From: Macrostomum lignano
Taxonomy: Eukaryota
Assembly (NCBI GenBank): GCA_002269645.1
Contig: NIVC01001482.1
Span: forward strand, 124,001 to 188,000
Reading direction: 5' to 3'
DNA: 64,000 nt
Position numbers and translations under genes: made by a program. Positions 14,166 to 25,243 of the stretch are shown here, in pieces; the first letter of the stretch is position 1; the number at the start of each line of letters is the position of its first letter. The notes beneath the pieces were generated by a model. That model made no database searches, was not told where the DNA came from, and saw nothing but the letters and a program-made list of their open reading frames with translations.

Positions 14166-14683
14166 TAGCAGACTCTTACCAGCCTCTGCACACTGTCTAT
14201 GATCCTACGACTCCTTGCATCGGCATAGTAGATCGCCACCAGTCTGTGCAGCTCGATGGACAGGCGAGCTAACTGCTGCTTTGTGGATGTCAGAGCGACA
14301 GCAATGCTGATCATTGCAACCAGAGCTGTCAACGATGCCGCTAGAATAGAGAAGAACTGCAACGTTTTGATTTGTTGCTTTTTTGTTGTTTAGTCATTCG
14401 GCTTAATCTCCGCTTCGGCATGGGGTGCGTGGACAGGATTTTTTATTCAGGGATCTTAAGCACCAGCACCATGGATTCTACAGCTGCTTTTACATGTAGA
14501 TGAGCACTTATTGGAAAACTAATCTGATCATTGAGCCGGTAAGGCAGCCCAGCTGACTCCACTATTCTGCTCGTTAGGGACCGATGAAGTCTGCTCTGAG
14601 TTGCTGATGAAGTACACTTCACGTTAATGGAAGATCATTGAAATCAGTTTTAATGTAATTGATATAATTAATTTAATTAGCAA

Positions 14684-14975
14684 CAAATCCGGCTAGCAAC
14701 ACATCCGGCTAGCAACACATCCGCCTAGCAAAACACCCGGCTAGCAGCACATCCGGCTAGCAACACATCCGGCTAGCAACACATCCGGCTAGCAACGAAT
14801 CCGGCTAGCAACACATCCGGCTAGCAACACATCCGGCTAGCAACACATCCGCCTAGCAAAACACCCGGCTAGCAACAAATCCGGCTAGCAGCACATCCGG
14901 CTAGCAACACATCCGGCTAGCAACACATCCGGCTAGCAACGAATCCGGCTAGCAACACATCCGGCTAGCAACATC
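14684..14975. repeat. 16-bp minisatellite in tetraspanin intron
   Basis: Unit CATCCGGCTAGCAACA. Confidence 0.95.
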
Positions 14976-16590
14976 TTGTTACATGTAGCAACACATCTGA
15001 CTAGCTAACGGGGAAGTCTACCGTAAATTCCTAATCCTATCCGGTGCATGTAAAAAGTATCCTTTAACTTGTTTTCTATCAATTTCCAAGTGTGGACTCT
15101 GGTCTTGCATACACCTGGCTTTCTAATCAAATCTGTACAGTTAAAAGTCCTTAGCAGTCCGCAGCTTCGGACTCACTGCGGCCAGCAGGCAGCGGCTGGC
15201 CCTGACGGTGTCGCAGCAGCCGAAAGGCGCCGGCTGTCAAAAACCCGCGAGCCCGGCTAGCAGCCAGGCGGCAGCGTCAGCGCCTGGCAGCTGCTGATGG
15301 TCGGCGAGTTTGGCGCGCAGACCGCTGTTCAGCTCGGAGGCGATGCCAAGGCAAAAGGCGACGGTGCCGAGGCACTGAGGGGAATTTTCAAGATATTCAA
15401 CGATTCCAATATGGGAAGATTTTTCATCCAGCCTTCCCTCCTTGTCGTCCCCTGTCCCCTGGCCCTCCGCAGAGCCATGCTTGGATTCAACCGATGAGAC
15501 GTCAGGTGGGTCACCATGGCCCTCTCGGCCGGGAGAAAATCTGCAGTGAGGAATGCCCATCTGTCTCTCCGGTGTTGAGAATGCGGAGCAGTTCATCTGT
15601 GAATGTCTTGCCTTTACTCAGGGCAGGCTCATCAACCTCGGCCAAAAACCAGCGCATCTTTCCAGAGAACCTCCGTCAGTTCGTCCGCTACTCAAGGGTT
15701 ACTGAGCGGGCACTGCGTCCGCCAGATCCCCCGTGCGGCTAAAGTCAAGCAAACCGCTATAGTCAGTAAGCCTTGAAAGCATCTATAGAACCTGATCTAT
15801 AACGATTTAAAAAAGACCAAAATATTGTAAAAAGGGTCTGATCTCGTATAGCAACAAGTCTCCAAAGTCCAATTCAAGGCGACAGTCGACCCGCAGCCAC
15901 TGCGGATGTCATCAAACTGCCATTGTCTATAAGACACAGCCTGGCGTGATGACAAACTCAACTGGCCATTATTTTAGCTTTAGCAGGCATTTGAACCATA
16001 GACGATTAGTTAACTATGCACTTATTAACTGACATAAGTGATGAGGACGCACTTTTTTCCAAACCCGCGCTAGCACATGGGCTCTAAACTTACTAGCCTA
16101 CTAACAGTGGGCAATGGGCATTTTTATCCCTTTTCTGCGAATTGTCATAGAATCTATACTAGATATAATGTTTTGTCATACTAGTAGTCATAATAACATA
16201 AACGCAGCTTTTTGGGTCATAAATAATCGCTTTCGAAGCTGGTCTGACAGCCACCTGCGCCTCACTCAGTGTTGATAGCTTTTTTCTCATCATTTTTGAC
16301 AGGCCATCAGATTTATGAGGTCAGAGCCTATTGTTCGGGTTCACTCAAGCGTGTGACAGCTTTGACAGCTATGCGTTTTACCCCTAAAAGTACTTTGAGA
16401 TCAAGCGATTAGCGATTTCTCTTCACTATCTTCACTTTCTACTTAATAAGACCTTTCCAATGCATATTTTTTCTTTAATTTTTGTAATTCCTACGCGAAA
16501 GGTCATAAATCATTATGTAGCGATTTTGAGTGATTTATGACAACACCTGGCGTATTTTTATGGCCCCGAGGGAACTGATAGGATCTTTTG

Positions 16591-16724
16591 GTCACGTGGG
16601 TTTGGGTGGCAACAAGCTCAGCCAATCAGAAAATTCGACGTTCAGTTAGAACAAATCGGCTCAGCCAATCAGCGTCAAGGTGTTCCATTCTAACAAATTG
16701 CGGTCCAGTTAGCGGCTATTTAAA
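16591..16724 (+). promoter_or_regulatory. Promoter-like cluster (E-box, two CCAAT boxes, TATA-like element)
   Basis: GTCACGTG 16591-16598; AGCCAATCAG twice (CCAAT at 16622 and 16665); TATTTAAA 16717-16724. No downstream gene identified nearby. Confidence 0.4.
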
Positions 16725-19700
16725 CCGGTGTTTTTGGCCCGCTTGGACCTCTACTTGCTCGGACCCAGTACGCAAATTTTGGTTCCCGGAGCTCGACCGT
16801 CGTCTCTTGATCCCCGGATCGCCACCTCCCCATCATCATCAAGGACGAATTCCCCCGGTCGACAGCAACGACCATCAAGAATAAGATCATCACCTGCTAG
16901 CTATTTGCGAAGTTTGTGACAGCATCATCCCGGGCCTACAGCTGCAAAGCACTAAGCTGATTCGGTCACTGTGGATTACCTGGTCTCCGGCTGTTGAGTT
17001 TCTGATTGGTTGGGTGAGAGGCTGTCTAGAGTTGCTTGATCGGGTGATCTCTTACCTGTCCCCTATTTCAGTAGCTGGATTAGGCGCACACTTTTGCTAT
17101 TTTGTTCAGTAGTGCTGTTATTGAGGCAAAAATCACTTAATAATACTATTAGTAGTCTGTTTACTCACATTCAATCTGAAGTGTGAAGCGATTCAGTGAG
17201 AAGGTTAAATCTGACAGTTATTTTTATCGGTTTTGTTTCTTTGTTCGCCGATGGCTCAGATGAGTGGCTAAGCTATAGTAGGCGCTGGTCACAGTGGACC
17301 AATGGCAAGACAGCTCTGTGTCGATCAATCTATCAAATCAGTGAGCAAAATTGCCAATAGTGCAAAATCGGCGCTAGAGATGTACTCTGTGCACTCTAGA
17401 TTCGCCAAGCAGCTCGGGTAATGAATCATGCGGTCTACGATGTTCGAGTTAGCCTATCATCAGCTCTACGAGAGGCTGGTTGGCGCGTTGAAGGCCAAAA
17501 GTACAATTCCTCGTATTTAGCAATGTAATAGCACATGTAGCTACCCCATAGTCTCGCCACTGCAAGAATCCCCTGCACAAGTCCCCTCTGTACCTGCATG
17601 GCCAATGCGATCAAGTCCCAGCTGTGTCCCTTATCATCGGCTATGACTTCGAGATTGACAGCAAAAAGACACTAGTTGGCAGGTAAGTGCAAAGCCCCCT
17701 CTAGTCGGAAGCCCCATTTCGAAAGTCCCGGTTTGGTGAGTCAGGACGCACGGGCTGGTGGCAGCGGGTTTAGTAATCTGCGAATTAGCTAATTTCTACG
17801 AGCGTACCTTCGAAATTCTCCCTGCTTGTCTCTCGCTGTCCCTCTCTTATCTATAGGACCACAGATCAAGCTACCATGGGGCTGACCATCTGACAGGAGT
17901 GGGGGGCCAGGACTCTAATTGATTTATTTCTGAGACCTGAGGCTCGAAGGCTTCCCGCAAGGCCGGGCCAAAAAGGCCGAAACCCATCATTATTATTTGA
18001 TTTTAATTCCACACCCTTCGGTTTGTTAGATGCATGCCGATATTTGTTAGGCGGACTCCTTTATTTAGAGCTGTAGGACGCACGTTTAATATTATTGAGC
18101 TGGCGTGTGCATAAAACTTGCTGCTCGATCTGTGTGTATGTATGTAGTAACGAGCCATTGAAAAAATTACAGGCCATTTGGCTTTGGTTTTGTTTCTGCT
18201 ATACTGAATGTTTTGTTCTGTTGTCACATGGTTACATATACGTGATTGTAAATATGAATTTAAAAACTAACCTATAATTTCTGTACTATACACTTCTAAT
18301 CTAAATATACTAAATCTACATGTATGTATTGGATAAAGTGCCCCCTCAGCATGGATACGTACGTGTACACATGAAAAATTGCTCCTACTTGGAGCCACAA
18401 ACGATCTGAAACTTGACCAATGTTATTTATATTCATTTTCAGTTGCAATTTACTGTGTAAACTTTTGGTGTCATTTTTTTATTTATGTTTTGTTTACAAG
18501 TTGCTTATAATTTTGAATATCAATGGAGAAGGGGAAAGCAAATAAACTCTCTTGAAAATTTTTTAAACATAATATTACATAAGACATAAGCTAGTTAGCA
18601 CAAGCAGTTTACAGCCCAGAGCGATATTAGCTTTCAAATTTTAAATGAGTTTTTAATTGTACGCTTAAACAAAGATGCTATTTCGATATTACAGTACAGA
18701 CTAAGAAGACAGATAGCTTTATTGGCACTCAAAAAATATGCTTATATTAACAAAAGTGGCAGTGAATTTTAAAATTGCTTGCCGCCACGCAGCATTACAA
18801 GTTTTAACTTCGATATAGTCGACTATTTACGAAGTACTCAAAGTATTCAGTCCTTAATTTTGATCGGTTTAATGATCGGCCGAATGACTATAGCAACAAG
18901 TTGATTAGTTGAAGTTGAAGCTGCTGCTCTATTACCTTGACGTTGAAGCATTGGGCTCTACAGTGATACTTTAGTCTCTTTCTAAGCTTTCATTTTGGCA
19001 ATTCTTTGTTTGTAGTTGTAATGACAATGTTGTGCACTGTGCAGGAGACACAGGCCGAATTTCCATGAAAACTCAGGTCAACCCAACCCGTAGCCAATTT
19101 TGTTTAAGATATGCGAATTTGCAGTGTGAGTGGATTAAAGAGAATTTTCTGTCGTCATTTTAATACCAAGGTTTCAAATTAAATTAAATATATTTTTTTA
19201 TATTTAATTTTTTTTTATATTTCAAATTAAATAAATATAATGATAATTTGGTTTAGTCATTTAGATAATTTTTATTTTTATTTAAAAACCTTTATAAGTT
19301 ATTTACTAGGCCTACTATCTGATAAATTGAGATGAATTATCTTGATAAAAATCAAAGCTAAGTGTCTTTTTAATTCTCTTTGTTTTGAAATTATATCTTG
19401 ATTAGGGCTTGTTTTCTATTGTTTTTAAAAATTATCATATTTATATCATGCAAATTTTTTTCAATGACTTAAGCTAAAAGTAAATTAATTGAATCTATAG
19501 TAGACCCCTATTCTCAAATAAAAATAAACTATATCCAAATTAGATTTTTTTGAAAAAGTAGATTGCAAAAAAATATTTCAATATAAATAAAGATTTTGAT
19601 TAGCCTAGTTTAGTTTTTGCTTTTTCAATAAAGAGTATAAGTTTTAGCTGCTTAAAAACAAATTTGCATTTTAGTTTTTAAAAACCAGGCTATACAATTC

Positions 19701-20636
19701 TATATAATGCCAAAAAGTGTAGTTTAAAGGCTTTAGTTTGCTATAGAAAAATTTGTTGATTGGTATAATATATTGTTTTAGAAATTTATGTCAAACTTAT
19801 CAATAACAAATTGATAATACAAGCGTAGTAGTATTCCACTGCACTGTAACTTGTAAGGAGGGTCCATGACTCCATGTACCATAGCCATAGCCATAAGCAA
19901 AACTATAGCTTATTCCAATTCTCCATATTCCATAGCCATAGGGATCCCAATATTACCATATTCCTATAGTTCCTGTAGCCCTAGTTGTAGTTTTAACAAA
20001 AAGTCTAGAAAACAAAATATTTTGAATCAAGAAGATAACATGGTGCTTAAACAACTGCGAATTAAGTTAGAAAATAAAAGAAACACTCAATTGCCTTTGT
20101 AAGACTATGTTTCATCTTCTTATAGAGCAATAATACTTAATTGCTATTGAGAGTACTAATGCTGAACTTTTTCACATTAATAGAGTTTGCTAGTGTTTTA
20201 TTGTACTTTATTCAAGGTACATTCTATAAGTTTCTAAGTTGATAGTACAGTTTACTAAAGTAAATTTGTTTTACTCTACCTGTTTCTAATATTTTTTCAA
20301 TTTTTTTTAAATTAATAACTATGGCTATGGGAATCTACAGAATGTAAAAGCAACTACCATATTTCCATAGTTGTAGCCATAAGAGCAGCTAGCTACTGTA
20401 GGCATATCTGTAGCTGCCATAGGCACCTATTTACCATATTTGCCATAGGATCCTGTAGCTGTAGCTATGGCCATGGCGGAACACTAGATAATAGAAATGA
20501 TTGCTAAAAAACTCCTGTCTATTTCTCCAATTTTTCATATAGATATTCTATAGGCTATTGTGCTACTTAAAGTAATATCTAATAAGAAAAGAAATATAAG
20601 TTTAACTTCAATTTCCAGCTCATCAGCACCAGCAGA

Positions 20637-21095
20637 ATGCAGCTGCTGCACCCGCTGCTGATTGTCCTCTTGGCCAGCCTGTCTGCTGCCAAGGAGCTCT
20701 ACGATGGCCCGCTTGATGACGCCTCGCCAGACGAGACTGACCGGGTGATTCGCCTGGCTGTCATCGAGTCCTGCGGCGGATGACGATTGAACAGCCTGCC
20801 GGAGGTGCGGGCTTTCGTGTACAACGACGTGCCTGAGCTGCGCGACGTGTACTTTAAGCGGGAGCCCGGAGCGCCGCCGATGCTGTGCTATCTGAACTCG
20901 GCCAGGCGGGTGCTGCAGAGGATTGACGTGTCCGAGATGAGCCGCTCGGACATCAATTCAATGCTGGCCGCTCGCGGCTTCCGCAAAGAGGCCGACGCCC
21001 AGCAGCAGGGCGCCGAGCGGTCCTACGGAGTGCCAGACGAGGCTCCAAAGCCGATCGTAGATGAGGCGGCGGAGTCTGGCCGGGTTGACCTGTAG
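20637..21095 (+). CDS. SELENOM: Selenoprotein M (Sep15/SelM family), 152 aa, Sec at codon 49
   Basis: ATG 20637; signal-peptide-like MQLLHPLLIVLLASLSAA; ESCGG-UGA(20781-20783)-RLNSLPEVRAFV gives the CxxU motif. Downstream PGAPP, EMSRSDIN and GF match the family. Ends in RVDL (KDEL-like). Upstream acceptor TTTCCAG ends at 20618. Confidence 0.93.
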
Positions 21096-21530
21096 AATCT
21101 GCATGGTTTAAGATCGTCCAAAAATTACCCATACTTCTAGATTTTTTAATCTAACAAGTATGGGTACTTTTTATATAATGCCTATGTCGATTTTTTAATG
21201 CACGCCTAAAATTCAACAAGTTTTTTGAGTCATTGGAAAGTGGAGAATTTATCTCTCATTTGAGTGAAAACTTTTCTGCCACGAAGAGGCTGATACAAAG
21301 AGTTACAAAGAGTACAAAGAGTATCAAAGAGGATCCCTAGCAGCACTGAGATATTAGTGAACAAAAAATCAATAAACTATACTCCGATTCTCCACAAATA
21401 TGGTATTCGCTGCCCTTCGTTAACCATGCAGGCTGGCACTTTGAAAAACGTTTTTTATGAATTTCAATCATAGACAAAACAAATCGCTTGGTTTATCAGC
21501 ATCTCAGCTGGCATCCCTGCCAAATTTCAT

Positions 21531-21660
21531 TGAAAGGTCGGGGGTTCGATTCTCGTCCCTACTCGGAACAATTTGTGTCCTTGAGCAAGACAATTAACTC
21601 TGCATTGCTTCAGTTCACCCGGCTGTAAAATGGGTGCCAGCAGTAGCTGGGGTAATTGAG
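21531..21660 (+). mobile_element. 5'-truncated tRNA-derived CORE-type SINE
   Basis: B-box GGGTTCGATTC at ~21542, followed by GTGTCCTTGAGCAAGACAATTAACTC...CTGTAAAATGGG, which resembles the MIR/CORE domain. 3' boundary uncertain. Confidence 0.6.
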
Positions 21661-21969
21661 GGTGTGTGAAGCTACCCCCCATTCCTTGGACTGAACAGCC
21701 TTGGAATGACTTGAAACTTGTTGAAGCTCAGGCATGCATCAAATATCTATTAGACAAAGGTATCTCTACATTTGGCCAACCCCTCATATCTGAAGTAAGC
21801 TTACACACTTCATATTCGCTCTCTAGTCGCCATAAAGTACGCTACTTACAATAATTCATCAAATCGGCTTAAATCTCTTATTAGTGCCAAAAAGAACTTT
21901 TGTTGGTTAGTACCGTACTTGCTGCAAATTCCAACTAACGTTCCGGTAAGCCGCACCAGCCGCTCAGCC

Positions 21970-22052
21970 AGGCGATGACTTTGATGACGCCGTCGTGTAC
22001 AAAAATTCCATTAGCGTGGCAATTCTACCGACTGGCCGATTTTTTGTTTTGC
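21970..22052 (+). ncRNA. Predicted type II SECIS element in the SELENOM 3' UTR
   Basis: ATGAC at 21984 pairs as a non-canonical quartet with CGAT (22037-22040). Helix II is GCCGTCG-T-GTA / TAC-CGAC-T-GGC. Unpaired AAA follows at 22001, then an AATTCC/GG(C)AATT mini-helix. Folded by eye. Confidence 0.75.
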
Positions 22053-22317
22053 ACTTTTAATTAAATTGCAAATCAGCCGCCTGCTGGGCCAAGGTGTGAG
22101 GCTGTCGGCCGTTTTTGTTTGAGTTTGGCTGCTCACAGCTGAAATATTTCATATTATATAAAATATATTTACTACTTAGTGAGTAGCGGTATGTGCCGTA
22201 CATGGCCATTTATGCAGTGTACTTCTGCAATCTCCTATCTATCCGTTCAACAAAATAAAAATATTTGCCATTTTAGTCTTGACTGCTTTCCCCTCGGGCA
22301 TTCTTTTATTTCCAATG

Positions 22318-22545
22318 CAAGATTGGTCAGGCATTTTACATGATTGGTCAGGCATTTTACATGATTGGTCAGGCATTTAACATGATTGGTCAGGCATTTA
22401 ACATGATTGGTCAGGCATTTAACATGATTGGTCAGGCATTTTACATGATTGGTCAGGCATATACTACATGATTGGTCAGGCATATACTACATGATTGGTC
22501 AGGCATATACTACATGATTGGTCAGGAATATACAACACGATTGGT
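22318..22545. repeat. 21-bp minisatellite
   Basis: Unit GATTGGTCAGGCATTTAACAT; each unit carries a reverse CCAAT. Confidence 0.95.
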
Positions 22546-22844
22546 CAGAAAATCATGCTAAATGGCTACTGACTTACCAAGTACACGTACCGCTGCCTAG
22601 AATCATACTGGATTCACTGTCGGCCGTGACGATAGTGGGTTGCACTTTTACATGTAAGAGTAAGAGTGAGTCCTTTTGCAGATCTAAGAGCTTTTTCTCA
22701 ATAACTCTTGGCTTCTCATGTAGAGTGATGAGTGCACTCTTCCTGCTAATGGCTTGAAAAGGAAAGCAGCTTCTTATGACAGCCATCTCTGTAGTAAAGT
22801 GAGAGACGGGTCCTGTCTGCTCCTTGACGCAGTAGCCTAAAATT

Positions 22845-24705
22845 AATCGGTTAAACACAAAATGAATCAGGTAAACACAAAATGGATCGGTCAAACACAA
22901 AACGAATCGGTTGAACACGAAATGAATCGGTTAGACACAAAATGAATCCCGGTTAAATACGAAATGAATCGGTTAAACACAAAATGAATCGGTTAAACAC
23001 AAAATGAATCGGTTGAACACGAAATGAATCGGTTAGACACAAAATGAATCCCGGTTAAATACGAAATGAATCGGTTAAACACAAAATGAATCGGTTAAAC
23101 ACGAAATGAATCGGTTAAACACAAAATGAATCGGTTAAACACAAAATGAATCGGTTAAACACGAAATGAATCGGTTAAACACGAAATGAATCGGTTAAAC
23201 ACAAAATGATTCGGTTAAACACGAAATGAATCGGTTAAACACAAAATGTATCGGTTGAACACGAAATGAATCGGTTAGACACAAAATGAATCCCGGTTAA
23301 ATACGAAATGAATCGGTTAAACACAAAATGAATCGGTTAAACACAAAATGAATCGGTTAAACACAAAATGAATCGGTTAAACACAAAATGAATCGGTTAA
23401 ACACGAAATGAATCGGTTAAACACAAAATGAATCGGTTAAACACAAACTGATTCGGTTAAACACGAAATGAATCGGTTAAACACAAAATGAATCGGTTAA
23501 ACACGAAATGAATCGGTTAAACACAAAATGAATCGGTTAAACACGAAATGAATCGGTTAAACACGAAATGAATCGGTTAAACACAAACTGATTCGGTTAA
23601 ACACAAACTGATTCGGTTAAACACAAACTGATTCGGTTAAACACAAAATGAATCGGTTAAACACGAAATGAATCGGTTAAACACAAAATGAATCGGTTAA
23701 ACACGAAATGAATCGGTTAAACACAAAATGAATCGGTTAAACACGAAATGAATCGGTTAAACACGAAATGAATCGGTTAAACACAAAATGATTCGGTTAA
23801 ACACGAAATGAATCGGTTAAACACAAACTGATTCGGTTAAACACGAAATGAATCGGTTAGACTCAAAATGAATCGGTTAAACACGAAATGAATCGGTTAA
23901 ACACAAAATGAATCGGTTAAACACGAAATGAATCGGTTAAACACGAAATGAATCGGTTAGACTCAAAATGAATCGGTTAAACACGAAATGAATCGGTTAA
24001 ACACAAACTGATTCGGTTAAACACGAAATGAATCGGTTAAACACGAAATGAATCGGTTAAACACAAAATGAATCGGTTAAACACGAAATGAATCGGTTAA
24101 ACACAAAATGAATCGGTTAAACACGAAATGAATCGGTTAAACACAAAATGAATCGGTTAAACACGAAATGAATCGGTTAAACACAAAATGAATCGGTTAA
24201 ACACGAAATGAATCGGTTAAACACAAACTGATTCGGTTAAACACAAACTGATTCGGTTAAACACAAACTGATTCGGTTAAACACAAACTGATTCGGTTAA
24301 ACACAAAATGAATCAGTTAAACACGAAATGAATCGGTTAAACACAAAATGAATAGGTTAAACACGAAATGAATAGGTTAAACACAAAATGAATAGGTTAA
24401 ACACGAAATGAATCGGTTAAACACAAAATGAATAGGTTAAACACGAAATGAATCGGTTAAACACAAAATGAATCGGTTAAACACGAAATGAATCGGTTAA
24501 ACACAAAATGATTCGGTTAAACACAAACTGATTCGGTTAAACACAAACTGATTCGGTTAAACACAAACTGATTCGGTTAAACACAAACTGAATCGGTTAA
24601 ACACAAACTGATTCGGTTAAACACAAACTGAATCGGTTAAACACAAAATGATTCGGTTGAACACAAAATGAATAGGTTAAACACAAAATGAATCGGTTGA
24701 ACACA
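22845..24705. repeat. 20-bp minisatellite, ~1.86 kb
   Basis: Unit AATCGGTTAAACAC(A/G)AAATG. Confidence 0.97.
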
Positions 24706-25243
24706 GGTGAATTCTAATTCCTTCCTCTCGTTCCCATGCGTACTCAAGGCTTTTGCCTGAGTATAGAAGGGGGTTTGGCTGTGTCCCTGAAGCTTTGAGA
24801 ATAATTTCCATTTTGCTCAAAGGGCAGGCGAACCATAAGTTGCCCGTACATTTGCAACGATTACAGCAGAGAGAGGCAGAGAGGGAGCCGTGCGCAGCAA
24901 CTCAACGAGCTGCAGATGAAAGGCTACTCAGCTTAATCCATGCGGGCATGGGAGTCTCAAGCGGCATTTTCTTCGCGAGTCTGTTTCGCCTAGGCCTCGT
25001 ACCTGAGCATACCTGCGCCAATCCATTATTTACCTTGTCCTCTCCCATCTCCAACTCTCTCTCTGTCTCCGGCTTTGCAGTTTCTCTCTGGATTCTTGGC
25101 GTCCTCCCATGCAATATGGCGATTGGTCCCCGCGCCCTGCATGAGCTTCCCTGCTAAAGGATTTATAGGCAGAAATTTTGGAATTTCCTAACAGCTTAAT
25201 ATTCGCTTGCCTCAGTCTATAGGAAGTTTATCATTTAAAGAAC

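Larger units (their letters stand above)
12652..15374 (-). pseudogene. Tetraspanin gene with two in-frame stops (pseudogene or sequence errors)
   Basis: Phase-0 exons with canonical splice sites: 15374-15177 (CLGTVAFCLG...AGF*QPAPFGCCDTVRASRCLLAA), 14356-14180 (FFSILAASLTALVAMISIAVAL...IIDSVQRL), 12840-12652 (LNCCGVKDG*ADYSRYSLPVPPSC...VVAIGFSVGLVL). TM2-GCC, TM3, DxVQ-L-x-CCG, DY and PxSC motifs match tetraspanins. First and last exons not located. Confidence 0.8.

Noticed and set aside
14590-14650. Hammerhead ribozyme (CTGATGA...GAAA)
   Set aside because: No credible stem II or stems I/III around the core. GGCC...GAAAC at ~17965-17983 lacks the CTGANGA core.
19860-20480. MITE suggested by CCATAG/CTATGG motif clusters
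   Set aside because: Could not define matching termini or a TSD.
24753-25157. 134-aa ORF as the ZIP N-terminal exon or a retroelement fragment
   Set aside because: No PAL motif, no compatible donor and no convincing RT, integrase or gag motif.
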